From the NCBI RefSeq assembly GCF_009914755.1, contig NC_060927.1: a DNA stretch of 64,000 nucleotides; one strand, given 5' to 3'. Source of the DNA: the human T2T-CHM13v2.0 reference genome, Homo sapiens. The notes below the pieces were generated by a model. The model was not told the origin of the DNA and did no database searches. It saw only the letters and a list, made by a program, of their open reading frames with translations. Below are positions 11,426 to 25,566 of the stretch, one piece after another (position 1 is the stretch's first letter; every line of letters starts with the position of its first letter). Made by a program: the position numbers and the translations under genes.

Positions 11426-12834
11426 CGCAGTTTGCGCGCGCCGCGGGAGCTTGCAACAGCCTCACCGCTCGCAGCGCCTCGAGGCTTGCAGTGCCCAGGG
11501 GCCGACAAGGTCCACCTTTGGACCGCGTTCCCCCGCGCCCCTCTGTTCCTCTGCCATGCGGAGCTTTGTATTTGCCTCTTCTGAAGTCCCTGCGTCCGGC
11601 CGAGACGCTGGCCCGAAGCCCCACTCCCTGTCAGGCCCCTGTCGCGGGAGGGAACAGTAGAGAAAGGGCGTGGCATAACTAAATACCCCCAGGCCAGACT
11701 CTGAGCTTCTGCTGGCGGACTCCTCCTGGGATCCTCCTCTCCCCTAGAGTCTAAATAGGGCGTTTCCTTAGGGAAGTTGCTATTCAAATTCTGGCGACCA
11801 CATGCCCGCATTAAAACCTCGTGCCTCAGCTCCTTCATCTCCAAAATGGGGCTCATCCTCCCAGGGTTGTTTTGAATATTCGGAGAAATCAGGCATGGAA
11901 GGTTCGCTGATGGATGCCTGGTATTCACGAAGGACCAAAACAAGATATTGGGTATTAGGAGCTATTATAACTGGGCCTGAATTGTGCACCATTTCCCCCG
12001 CGTTCGATTTTTGAAGTCGAGGAACAGGGTAGTGCCCTTCACTTTCTGCCCTGCTCCAAAAACGCTTGCCAAATTGACTTGAACGTGACTCAGGACCCTC
12101 TGTCCTCAGGCAGGGAGATCTGGTAGGAGGACGACCCCAGATGATAAAAGACACAGACGCGGCTGTGCTGAAGCCCCAGGTTAGGGGAGGGACGGAGTCT
12201 TAGAATGCTGCTAGGAGTTGGGGCCCGGGGGTGGGGGGATTGGAGTTAAGACAGACCCTCAGCCAGGTTTATATGCAAATATAAAATAGGTTGTTATCAG
12301 GACTGCCCCATGGAAGGGAAGCATATCAGGGCTTGCCACCAGGGAAGCTCACTGAGACTGAGCACCCAGGGAGCAGAAATTCCTAGAGATCAGTCCAGGG
12401 ATCAGAAGGGAGAGAATAAAAGAGAGAATGAATGTGTCAACAATAAGTTTGATCAGCACGCAGTGTCCTCTCCAGGCAGGCGCACCCAGGAGGGCCAGGA
12501 GAAGCAACACTGTTTAGCAAGGGTCAGCAACCTCTCAAGGCCTCAATGCCACAGCTGCCTCCTTAGGGGAGGGATGAAAGAAGGAAGAGGAAGAGAGAGG
12601 GATAGCGTTCTAGGGGTAAAAGGGCCGTAGAAAGCCAAAGGGTACGTACACAAGCCATGGCCCAGTGCAGCTGCGCCATGGAGCAGCCTTGGCCTCTGGT
12701 GTCTCCCTGGCATGCTCCCAGGACTCTGCCCCTGGCATGAAGGTCGTGACAGAAACGGGGCACTAAGAAATCCTCACTGGAAGAGTGGCCTCCGGGGAGG
12801 TAGCTGGGAGCCATAGTAGTGGAAAGGAGACTTT

Positions 12835-13215
12835 GTTATTATTCTATACATAGAATAAAATACACAAATTTTCACACTGCAGCTTAGTGCATACATCTAC
12901 ACCCCTCTTTCCACCATTAGAACAATAAAACATTTTATCCTCCCAATGAGTCATCCCTCACTTAGGTAACCACAATTCCGACTTCTGTCACCAAAGATTA
13001 GTTTTGCCTGTTCTTTAAGGTCATATGCAGGGGTCATATGGTCTGTACTCTTGTGTCTGGCTGGCACCTTTCGCTCAGCATATTTGTGATATCCATCCAC
13101 GTTGTTGCCTACATCAATAGTTCATTTTTGTTTGCTTAAGTGTGTAGAATTCCATTGCAAATACACTGTAATTTATCCATAGGAGGTTGACTGTTTTAGT
13201 ATGTCGTTTTGTATC
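12835..13215 (-). mobile_element. L1ME-like 3' fragment
   Basis: ttagttttgcctgttct...tgtgtctggct...ttcgctcagcat...catccacgttgttg. Confidence 0.7.
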
Positions 13216-13272
13216 TTTGTCTTGTGTTATCTTTTCAAAAAAGAAAAAGTTTTTAAAAATGTGTTTAAGAAG

Positions 13273-13580
<308 letters not shown>

Positions 13581-13995
13581 AAAATGTGTTTAAGAAAAAC
13601 AATTTCAGAGTAGAGAACTATCTCTAGGAACTTATCAGACCCAAGGATCACCATGTGGTTGTAACTTTAGAGGCTCTAATTTCATTCAGATGTTGGAGGC
13701 AAATATCTATTGAAAGTCTCCTTGTAGTTGTATGAGTCAAATGGGACTATTTCTGGTACAGTGTGCTCCAGAGTGCTGTGGCTCTAGGCAGAGCGTACTG
13801 TGATTCTGGAGTGGGGTTTAGAGGCTGAGCTGGGTGGGGAACTAATTTTCCTCTAAGATGTCATCTTGGACCAGTATGGGGTGAGAGTAACAGTGAGAGT
13901 TGCCAGCCAGTCCCTGCTCCTCTGTTTCCTCCCTTGAACCTCCATTTCATATTTCATTTGACAAAAGGGTTCTACTGCTTTAAAAATTATTTGAT

Positions 13996-14253
13996 TGAGA
14001 GGCCGAGGCAAATGTTTCACTTGAGGCCAAGAGTTTGAGACCAGCCTGGCCAACATGGTGAAGCCCTGTCTCTACTAAAAATACAAAAATTAGCCGGGCA
14101 TGGTGGTGCACTCCTGTAGTCTCAGCTACTTGGGAGGCTGAGGTGTGAAGATCACTTGAGCACAGTAGGCGGAGGTTGTAGTGAGATGAGATCACACCAC
14201 TGCACTCCCGCCTGGGCAACAGAGTGAGACTCTGCTTCAAAGAGAAAAAAAAA
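13996..14253 (+). mobile_element. 5'-truncated Alu
   Basis: Alu consensus similarity and A-tail. Confidence 0.9.
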
Positions 14254-14384
14254 ATTGTTTGAAACCCGTGGTTTTAGTGTAGATGCTGGTTAGAAGCACT
14301 GGCCAAGAAATGTCCAGTATAAATGTTTCCACAGATACATAAGACACATTCGAAGTCTACATTTTGACTTCCTTCCCCTCATTC

Positions 14385-15240
<856 letters not shown>

Positions 15241-15249
15241 AAATCTCTT

Positions 15250-15760
15250 TCATTTAACAATATATTGAGTAGCAACTAGCTATCATGCTCATGCCAGGGA
15301 ATGGAAGATCAGATAAACAAAATAGACTTCATTCCTAATCTTTTGGAGTTTACCTCCTAGTTGAGGAGCCAGACATTATACAAGTAATTACAATTGTGAC
15401 AATTGCTACAAAGACAAAATACGAGATGAGAGGTGAGAGGGTGCTAAGAGAGGGAGGTTGTTGATGTAGCCGGTGGAGCCGGGAACTCCCCTGAAAAAGT
15501 TAAGTTGCCCACAAGAAAAAAAGGCAAAAGCAGTCAGGTGTCTGGTGCTTTGGAGGAGCTAAAGGCAAGCAGCTGTGGCCAGAGTCCCGCCAGAGAGGAG
15601 AAATGAGGCTGGAGAGGCAGGTGGCTGGATAGATCCATATGGCAGGGTAGGGAGTGAGTTGGGAGTGAGGTCTTTATCCTGAATGCGATGGAAGCCACTG
15701 ATGAGTTTACAAGAATATGTCTACCTGGGACTGTCAGTGTCTGCCTTAAAGAATTAGATG
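15250..15760 (-). mobile_element. L2 fragment
   Basis: catttaacaatatattgag... (reverse L2 3' end). Confidence 0.6.
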
Positions 15761-16999
15761 CTGGGAGAAGCAGACTCCTTGGAGGAGGGGAGGTAGTGGA
15801 AGGACCTTTAAAGTGGCCCGGATTCAGACCATGAAGGGCAGCTTGGGTGGGCTTCCCTCCTTTCTTCAGCTCAAGAAAGAAGTGAAAGCCACTGAGGCTT
15901 GCCAATGGGAAGGGCTGGAAAGTTATCAACTCAGGCTTCCTCCTGCCGTTAAATTTGCAAGTGCTACTCCCTAGACGGAAACCTGAATACTCACTAAGCC
16001 TAGGACTTTGAACCTTAGGAATCCCCAATGAAGGTATTATAAACAAGTGAGAGAAAAAAGGTTTGCTCCAAACACCTCAGTGCTTACCCCTGCCCCACCC
16101 ATGATACACCTTCTTATGGTCTGAGTCCCACACCCTGATCGGGGGTGACATTTTCAACAATCTGCAGTGCAATGAGAAAAATAAAGGGTAAATGTATGAG
16201 TACTTTCCTATGACCAGATAAATTACCAATGGTTGATTCTTGGGAAAGACTATTTTTTATTCTGAGATGATGTTCTTTCACTTTTTTTCTTTTTTCAGAG
16301 GTTTGGGTAATTTAAGCGTCCCTTCTTTAATGGAATGATGGCAATAGTACGTGGCAGTTGCCTTTCCTAAAATGTCCTCAATTGACCAGATCACCAGTGG
16401 GCAATTCGGTGTTGATTTCTCAATTCTCTGCCCTCGCTGATTTTATCCGTGTAGTTTTAAGGGCACCAAGACCTAGATGATCTTAATGAAGCTTTCCGAG
16501 TTATGTGTGATTGAGGGGAAGAGGAAGGAGAAAACTGTATCACGAGGTGACTGAAAAAGCCACCCAAGAAGGAGTGAAGCCAGAAAGGTTAAAATGTCAA
16601 TCCTAATAGCTAGGAATTAATGCCCTGCTTTGCACATAATATTCCTTCAGTGGCTTAAAAGAGAAAACTGTTGCTTGGAGCAGCTACCTACCTGGAGCTG
16701 GAGGGTCTTAGGAACTAGGGAGAACCCAGCTCATCTCACTTAAAGCCTGAGGCTTGTGCTGGTATCACTGGGTACATCTGGAGACTAATGCTGAAGATAA
16801 GATTAACTTCTAAAGAAGCTCCCCTGGAGTCAGAGCGAGATGGAACTTCCCTGACCATCTGCGTTGAACCTTCACCAGATTTTGCAACCTGGTGACATTT
16901 TACAGTGTCATCTGTGCACGTGCTTATCAGAGATGTGAAGTTTCATTGATCTGCCTCTTCCATAGTAGGAAATATCACAAGTCAAAATTGTCCTGGCTT

Positions 17000-18335
17000 A
17001 TACGTCACACCCTCGACAAAAATTAACTCAAACTGTATCATAGACCAACATGTGAAACCTAAACCTATAAAACTTCCAGAAGAAAATATAGGAGAAAATC
17101 TTTGTGGCCTTGGGTAGGCAAAGGTTTCCTAGATATTAAACGAAAAGCACGATCCATAAAAGAAAAAGTTGATAGCTTCTACACCATCAAAGTTAAAAAC
17201 TTCTCTCTGAAAGACACTGTTAAGAATATGAAGGGACAAATCAAAGACAGAAAATATTTGCAAAGCACATATCTGATAAAAGACTTATATCCAGAATATA
17301 TGAAGAACTTTTACCGTGCAATAAGAAGACAAGCCACCTAATGAAAACATGAACAAGAGATGTGAGTGGACACTCCACCAAAAGATACACGAATGCACAA
17401 TAGGTACATGAAAAGATGCTCGACATCATTATTCATTAGGGAAATGCAAATTGAAACCACAAAGAGACACCACTGCACATCAGAATGGCAAAAAAGACAA
17501 AAAAACAAACAAAAAAAACCACCTGACAATCCCAAGTGCTGGAGAGGATGTGGAGTGACCCTCACACATTGCCAGTGGGAGTGCAATATGGTACAGTTCC
17601 TCTGGAAAAACAGTTTGGCAGTTTCTTATAAAGTTAAACATACACTTACCATATGAGCCAGCAGTCCCACTCCTAGGGATTTACCAAAAAAAATGAAGAC
17701 ATATGTTCACATAAAAACCTGTGCTCAGATATTTATAGCAGCTTTATTCATAATCACCAAAACTTGGAAACAACCCAAATGCCCTTTAACTGGCGAGAAA
17801 ATAAACAAATTGTGGCACATCCATACCATGGAATACTACTCATCAATTAAAAGGAACACACTACTGATCTATGCAATGTGGATGAATCTCAAATACATTA
17901 TCCTAAGTGAAAGAACACAGTCTCAAAAGGTCACATACTGTGTGGTTCCATTTACGTAACTTTCTGGAAAAGGCAAAATTAGAGGGATACAGAACAGATC
18001 AGTGGTTGCCAAGGATTAGGGGTGGAGGGAGCATTTGACTACAAAGGAGTGGCAGCAAAAAAGAATGCAGGGGGAGGGTGGAAGTTATCTACATCTTGAC
18101 TATGGAGGTACTTAGAAGATAGAATGCATTTGTCAAAACTCAGACCTGTACATCAAAACGAGTAAATTTTGCTACTCAGGAGGCTGAGGCAGGAAGATTG
18201 CTTGAACCTAGAAATTTGAGGCTGCAGTGAGCTATGGTCATGCCACTGCTCTCCAACCTGAGAGACAGAACAAGAACCTGTCTCTGAAAAAAGGTAAGTA
18301 AATTTTACTGTATATAAGTTACATCTCAATAACTC
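17000..18335 (+). mobile_element. L1M (L1MC/MD-like) ORF2 3' end and 3' UTR, decayed, with an Alu right monomer at ~18172-18292
   Basis: ORFs 17366-17656 and 17693-17959 resemble the L1 ORF2 C-terminus (IFIAALFIITKTWKQPKCP, HTMEYYS). Confidence 0.92.
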
Positions 18336-18856
18336 TGGATTGAAAAGTTCCCTAAGCATCTACACTCCATATTCCTTCCCCTCTTAAAGTAATAACCATA
18401 AGACCTAGCATCGTGTAGCTTTGCTGTCTGCCTGGCACTGTGAATAATCCTGTCCTTTCCAGAGTATTCTTCTTTTCAGTAATTTATCCAGTTACTCAAG
18501 CCATAATCCTTGGAGTTATCCTTGACTTCTCTCTTTTTCTTATACCCTACATCAGTCCAGCCTTTGCACTTGACCTTCAGTATATATCCTGAATCTGACC
18601 ACTTCCCATTATCTCTATTGCTGTCGCTCCAGTCCAACAAAGAATTACTTCTCAGCCTCCTAACTGAAAAGAGGAGGACTTCTAGTCTTCTCTTCTTGCA
18701 CTCTGTACTGTCAGGATATGCTTGGTTATGCTATGGTAACCCTCCCAAATCTTCGTGATTTATCCCAACAAAGTGATTAAAGGGATTTCTTGCTAAAGCC
18801 ACTTGTCTGCAGGTCAACACCTCCACCCTGTCTCTCCTCACTCTTTGGACCTAGGC

Positions 18857-19246
18857 TGTGGTGGCCTGAATGTGTCCCCCACAATTCATGCGTTGGAAAT
18901 TTAATTCCCAATGCAACAGTGTTGGGAAGTAGTGCCTTTGCAGAGGTGTTTAGGTCATGAGGGCTCTATTCTCATGAATGGATTAATGCTGCTATAAAAG
19001 GGCATGGCAGAGGGAGTTCATCCTCTTTGCCCTACTGCATTCTGCCATGTGAGGACACAGCGTTCCTCCCCTCTGGAGGATACAGTGTTCAAGGTGCCAC
19101 CTTGGAAGCAGAGAGCAGCCCTCAATAAATGCTAGCACCTTGATCTTGGACTTCCCTGCCTCCAGAACTGTGAGACAATAAATTTCTGTTCTTTATAAAT
19201 TACCCAGCAGTCTTGGGTGTTTTGTGATAGCAGCACAAACAAAGAC
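18857..19246 (+). mobile_element. MST-family MaLR LTR nested in MLT1/L2 sequence (~18470-20030)
   Basis: tgtggtggcctgaatgtgtcccc...ataaatttctgttctttataaattaccca...gcagcacaaac. Confidence 0.85.
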
Positions 19247-19911
19247 CCAGGCTTTCTGAGCTGCATCCAGCTTGAACATCATTGGTGGCTGTAAAGGAGC
19301 TCTAGAGGCACGCATTCTGGCAACCAGCTGCCTGGCCTGGAAGTGACACAGTGACCTGTGCTCACAACTCATTGGTCAGAGTCTCATGGCCACGCTGCAC
19401 AACAGGAAGCATAAACAGGAAGCCAGCATGTGCCCAGGAGGTAGAGAGCAAGAAATATTTGGCCATCGGCCTTGTGATTACCATGATTCTTTAAAGTCTT
19501 CTCTCAAAACCACGTCAAGAGATCCTTTTAAGATGCTGGTGACTCACCTGCACAAAATCCTCAAATGACTTTCATGACATTTAGATGAAAATCCAGAATC
19601 TTGACTCTGGCCTTCAAGACCTGCTAACTTCATCCACCCCTGGCTTCTTCACCCCCAGCTCAGCTCTAGGAACTTGGGCCCCTTGCTGTTTCCTGCCATG
19701 TTCGGCCCCTCCTCAGGGCCTTTCTGCCTGTTCTCCTCTGGATATTCCCACAGCTACATTGCTCTCATAGTCCAGGTGGATGCTAAATGCCCCTTCTTCA
19801 GGGAGGACTTCCCTGACTAGGACATCTTACATAGCATAATCCCCAGTCACTGCCACCCTCACCCTGCTTTATCTTTCTTTACACCCTTAGCATGACCTAG
19901 CACTGTATGAT

Positions 19912-19912
<1 letters not shown>

Positions 19913-19958
<46 letters not shown>
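19913..19958 (+). repeat. (GT)23 microsatellite
   Basis: Direct reading. Confidence 0.97.
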
Positions 19959-19966
<8 letters not shown>

Positions 19967-20169
19967 TTTGGCCTGGTTCATCCAGTAGAATGTAATATTT
20001 GTTGGGACAGGGACTTTCCTTTGTTCAATCCTAGTTTGTGGGCCTGTCTCCCTGTGAGTTTTTGCCATAGCAGTCCAGCCACACATGCCAGAGCCCAGGA
20101 AATGGATGATGAACTTTAGTACATTCCAGTTTGAGCCTTGTGAATATTCAGGTGAGTGGTTCCCTATGA

Positions 20170-20816
<647 letters not shown>

Positions 20817-20875
20817 AGTTCTGCAATGTTTATTAAAGCCCCGGGCCCAGAAATTGCTTCCCCAGCAGCTTGTTC

Positions 20876-21012
20876 TTTTTTTATTATTATTTTATATTTG
20901 AGACAAGGGTCTATTTTTCTCAGGCTGGTCTCGAACTCCTGAGCTCAAGAGATCCTCCTTTCTTGGCCTCCCTAGTATCTGGGACTACAGGCACATACCA
21001 CTGTGCTCGGCT
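20876..21012 (-). mobile_element. FLAM/FAM monomer
   Basis: Single reverse monomer. Confidence 0.8.
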
Positions 21013-21423
21013 ACTGGCAGCTTGTCCTTGATACTTGAATTTCCACCCTTAGAGTCAGAGTCATAGAATGTTGAAGATGGAATGAAGAGTTAAGACCATC
21101 CATCTAGTACTGTCTTAGTTCAGAGGCAAAAACCCAGGGGCAGAGAGATCACAGAGGGCCTTCACATACATTGTTGCCTCTCACAGCTGCCTCTGTGTGA
21201 ATTACCATTGACACTGGCAGGGTATGTAGTTCATCCAAGTTCATTCCTGCAACTCTCCAGGTTTTGTACCTGGACTTCAAAACCTGCTTTTCTGATTGCA
21301 GATTCTATTATGCTGCAAATGGAATCCCTAGAACTCAAATATCCTGACATTCATTAAGAGTAAGGTTAAGAAAGAGACTTACCCACAGGAACATCTAATA
21401 ATGTTCGGGTCTATGTACACATT

Positions 21424-21830
21424 GTTATGAGCTGAACTGTGTCCCCACCCCCACTCCCAAATCAATATGTTGAAGCCCTAGTCCTGGCTACCTCAGAGTT
21501 TGACTGTATTAAAGATAGAGTCTTTAAAGAGGTGATTAAGTTAAAATAATGCCATTTGGGTGAGCCCAGTCTGACTGGTAACCCTATAAGAAGAGGAAAT
21601 TTAGACACTCTACATAGAAAAATGAAGACAAATGCACACACAGAGGAAAGACCGCGTAAAGACACAGCAAGAAGGTGGCCTTCTGCAACCCAAGGAGAGA
21701 GGCCTCAGGAGAAACCAAACCTGCTGACACCTTGATCTTGGACTTCTAGGTCCTGAACTGTGAGGAAATAAATCTCTGCTGTTTAAGTAGAACAGTTTGA
21801 GTTACTTTGTTACAGCAGACCCAGCAAACT
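21424..21830 (+). mobile_element. MLT1B/C-like LTR
   Basis: tgttatgagctgaactgtgtcccc...gtctttaaagaggtgattaagttaaaat...ttgttacagcag. Confidence 0.85.
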
Positions 21831-21876
21831 TATCCACACATCATGAGTTTGTGGGTAGCTAAAGAGAGGCTGCCCT

Positions 21877-22169
21877 GGCCAGGTGCAGAGGTTCACACCT
21901 GTAATCCCAGCACTTTGGAATGCCGAGGTGGGCGGATGGCTTGAGCTCAGGAGTGCAAGACCAGCCTGCCCAACATGACAAAACCCTGTCTCTACAGAAG
22001 ATACAAGAATTAGCCGGGCATGGTGGTGCATGCTTGTAATCAGCTACTCAGGAGGCTGAGGTGGGAGGATCGCTTGAGCCAGGGAGGTCAAGGATGCAGT
22101 GAGCTGAGATCATGCTACTGCACTCCAACCTGGGCAACAGAGCGAGACCCTGCCAAAAAACAAAAACAA
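21877..22169 (+). mobile_element. AluJ-like element
   Basis: TSD AGAGAGGCTGCC. Confidence 0.92.
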
Positions 22170-22189
22170 GAGAGAGGCTGCCTATGAGA

Positions 22190-22560
22190 TAATAATAACC
22201 AACACATAGGGAGTGCTTACTCAGACAAGGTGCTAAGCACTTTAGGTGTTAACTAATGAACTAATAACTCAATGAATATTAACAATAAGCATATGAGGTA
22301 GATTATATTACAGTGCCCCTTTTATAAATTAGGAAGTTAAGAAGCAGTAAAGTTAAGTCACTTACCCTGAGTCGCACATCTGGGAAGTGACTGGGCTGAG
22401 ACTTGAACCGAGGCAGCTTGGGCTCCAGAGTCCAGGCTCTGAAGGAGCTAGTTAGTCAGTTATGATCATTTCTATCTTCCAGATGCGGAAACTAAGACTT
22501 AGACACTGGTCCAACCCCACAGCCAGGGTGTGGCAGAACCAGAATTTCCAGTTCTTTGTA
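22190..22560 (-). mobile_element. MIR elements (two fragments)
   Basis: MIR core in reverse (gttaagtcacttaccc; cagatgcggaaactaaga). Confidence 0.7.
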
Positions 22561-23729
22561 CTTCATCACAAACCAAATCCCTGGAACTCAAGAATCCTGA
22601 AAGTTGTTAACTGAAGGAAGGAAAGGGGCCCACCCGGAGGAGGAAGGGCAAAAATCTATTTATACACAAAACAGCTTTGCAAGGGGGAGAGGCACCTGAT
22701 ATAAAAGTTTTGGGTCACTTGAAGCATGACAGGAAGATGGTAAAATGGAGCCAGAATCTGAGAAGGCTGGGAAGAGGGGGAAGTACCAGCTGCAGAGGTT
22801 TGAAGGGCGCCATGTCCCTCACCTCTTCAGAGCTTCTTCTCCCTGTTGCTACCGCCAAGAGAAGAGAGGTAGGGTATCTTGCCCAAGGTCACACAACTGG
22901 GAAGACAGTTGGCGGGATGCATTCAGGTCTCCTGACTCCAAGTCCATTCTCTTCTTACTTTTATTTTTAGTCTTGACAGATATTTATGAAGTACCTACTA
23001 TGAGCCAGATACCACGTGCTGACAATACAAGGATCACGGACACTGCAGGCCTCACAGTCTGGAAGAAGGAGGCACATGAGCAGGTGATGGGAACAGGGAG
23101 GTGGCCGGGTGATTGGTCACTTGTCACCCTATGTTCTTTTGTCTGCCAGTATTTTCCCCTTTCTCAAGCAGACTGTTGATGCTGCCCGTCTTAGGAAATG
23201 TGGCAGAGGAGAAGCAAAAAAGGCCCGTCAATCTCTGCCTCTCGTGTTCCCTGATCCGTAATTCTAAACCCCCGAAGTCCCTGGTAGGAGAACTGAGAGT
23301 AGGTGGGGGATAGACAAATGTTTGGAAGGAGGAAGGTCAGGGGAGTGCTTCCTCCAGGCACCGGGGAAGGAGAGAAGATGAAAAGTTCATAAGGTAGAGG
23401 GGGCTGTGGGCCAGAGAGGAGGGGGAGCCTGCCTACAAATGGGGCTGTGGGAAGGTGGCCGGACCCCGGAGCAGGAGTGGCAGTGGTTGTGTGTCTATGT
23501 ACAGGCCACTGTGCAGAGCCTCCAGGATCTCTAGCCTGGGTTGGGCATTGCCAAGACAACTCCTGGACTTGAAGGGGCCATGAAGGGGAAACTAGGGATA
23601 TCTCTATGGCAACCTGTGATTAACACATGCCCTGAGACCAGATAGACACCCCCCTTAGCACTGAAATTGAGTCAGGATATGGGTTCAAAATAAAAATCAA
23701 GGTGACAGAGAGAGAACAATAAGGAAAGA

Positions 23730-24460
23730 CATTTCTGGCATGTCTGAAATTCCTACCTGCTATGTTATGAGAGACACACATCAAAGTGTATGGGAGCATA
23801 CTGGCCAAGCAGTATGGTTCAGGGAAACAAGTCAGGAAGGGTATCCAAGGTCAGGGAACAGCACATGTGGTGACACTAAGGAGAAGAGCCTTGTGGACTG
23901 CAAGGCAACCAGTGTGCTGGAACTTGGAGTGCATGTGGATTGGTGGATGTGAGCATCCAGAGAGGTAAGCTCTGCCTTGAAGCATCTTACGAACCATGCT
24001 GATTGGTTGGATTTTATCTTGAAGACAACGGTGGGCTATTCACTGATGATGGTTAGATTTTATCTTGAAGAGAATGACGGCCTATTCACAGACTATAATT
24101 GGGAAATTTATAGAATTTACATTGAAATTTTTTAAATGTCTTTAGGAACAATGCAGATAGTAGTAGCTTGGATCAGAGTGAGAAAGGGAACAGAAGACCA
24201 GTAAAAATAACAAATAACTAAAAAAGACACGGAGAGGGTTTCTGGGAAAAAATGAAGAGATTTCCAACAGTAAAAGCTGCTGGACTTAATTCATGATTGG
24301 ACACTCTGGATAAGGCAGAGGGAGGAGTCAAGAATAATACCCAGGTTTCTGACTTGGGTGACTGAGTGGATCGTGGTGCTATTCACAGAGATAGAGTCAC
24401 AGGAGGAGAGGCTGTTTAGAGGAGGAAATATTGACCTAAGTTACAGATATGATGAATACA
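23730..24460 (-). mobile_element. L2 fragments
   Basis: ggaggagtcaagaataatacccaggtttctgacttgggtgactgagtgga. Confidence 0.65.
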
Positions 24461-25256
24461 GTGTGTTATTTGGGACGCTTGTGTCTGCAAGTAGCAACCA
24501 CCACAGCAACAACAAACCCATACAAACCGTGAGGAAATGTATTATTAATATTCAACATAGTTGAAAGCTCCAGTCCCAGATGAGGTACAATCAACTTGTT
24601 CGTAAGCACACAGATTCCATCCTTTTCTTACTAGCTTCAACCTGACATTGGTTCTCCTCATGGCTGCAGACAGTTGTCACCACTCCAATATTACAAGGTG
24701 CAGCATCGAAAGGAAGAAGAGGGACCATTTTTTCATGTGTCTTCTTAGGAGGGAGAAAAACCTTTCCCAGACGTCCCCAGCAATCTTCCCCTTCGTGTCT
24801 TACTGGCAGAATTGGGTCATGAGCCCACTCCTAAAATAATCACTGGCTTTAGCCAACCATCAGGAATGAAATGGCAGTTGGGGAGTACACCACCCCACCT
24901 CTACAAGGAGGCTGTGTCACATGCAAATGGAGATAGCATGAAAACAGTTGGAAACCAGCATCAGAAGACAGATTTTGGCTGAAGATATCATAGAGGAGTT
25001 AACTACAGGAAAGGCTGAGAAGAAGCCCCAGCTGAGACAGGGGCAGAGAGGAGAAAAAGGAGCCAAACACAGAACTCTGGAGAACACCTCTATTTAAGGG
25101 AGGGGCTACTTGAGAAGGCACCATTAGAGTTTAATAGCTGAGAACTTGACTCTGGATTCAAACAGACCTAGGTTGGGATTCCCATTCCTGCTACTTATTA
25201 GCTATGCCGCCTTGGGTGAGGATCCCTTAATCACTCAGAGCCTCAGTTTTCTTATC

Positions 25257-25566
<310 letters not shown>

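Larger units (their letters stand above)
10130..11650. promoter_or_regulatory. CpG island over the RYBP promoter, 5' UTR and intron 1
   Basis: Very high GC and CpG density, with an abrupt change to AT-rich sequence below ~9950. Confidence 0.95.

Noticed and set aside
10473-11682. Other long overlapping Arg/Pro/Ala/Gly-rich ORFs on both strands
   Set aside because: Compositional artefacts of very GC-rich DNA, with no recognisable domains.
10735-11943. 402-aa minus-strand ORF as a full-length protein
   Set aside because: It crosses the promoter and reads into intron 1. Only [11 protein letters not shown] is recognisable RYBP; the rest reflects stop scarcity in a CpG island.
12273-12280. Octamer ATGCAAAT upstream of the promoter (another, ATTTGCAT, at ~54863)
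   Set aside because: Single 8-mers are expected by chance in 64 kb; I saw no adjacent SOX site or snRNA gene.
17102-17959. ORFs resembling a reverse-transcriptase protein C-terminus
   Set aside because: Frameshifted remnants of L1 ORF2, not a host gene.
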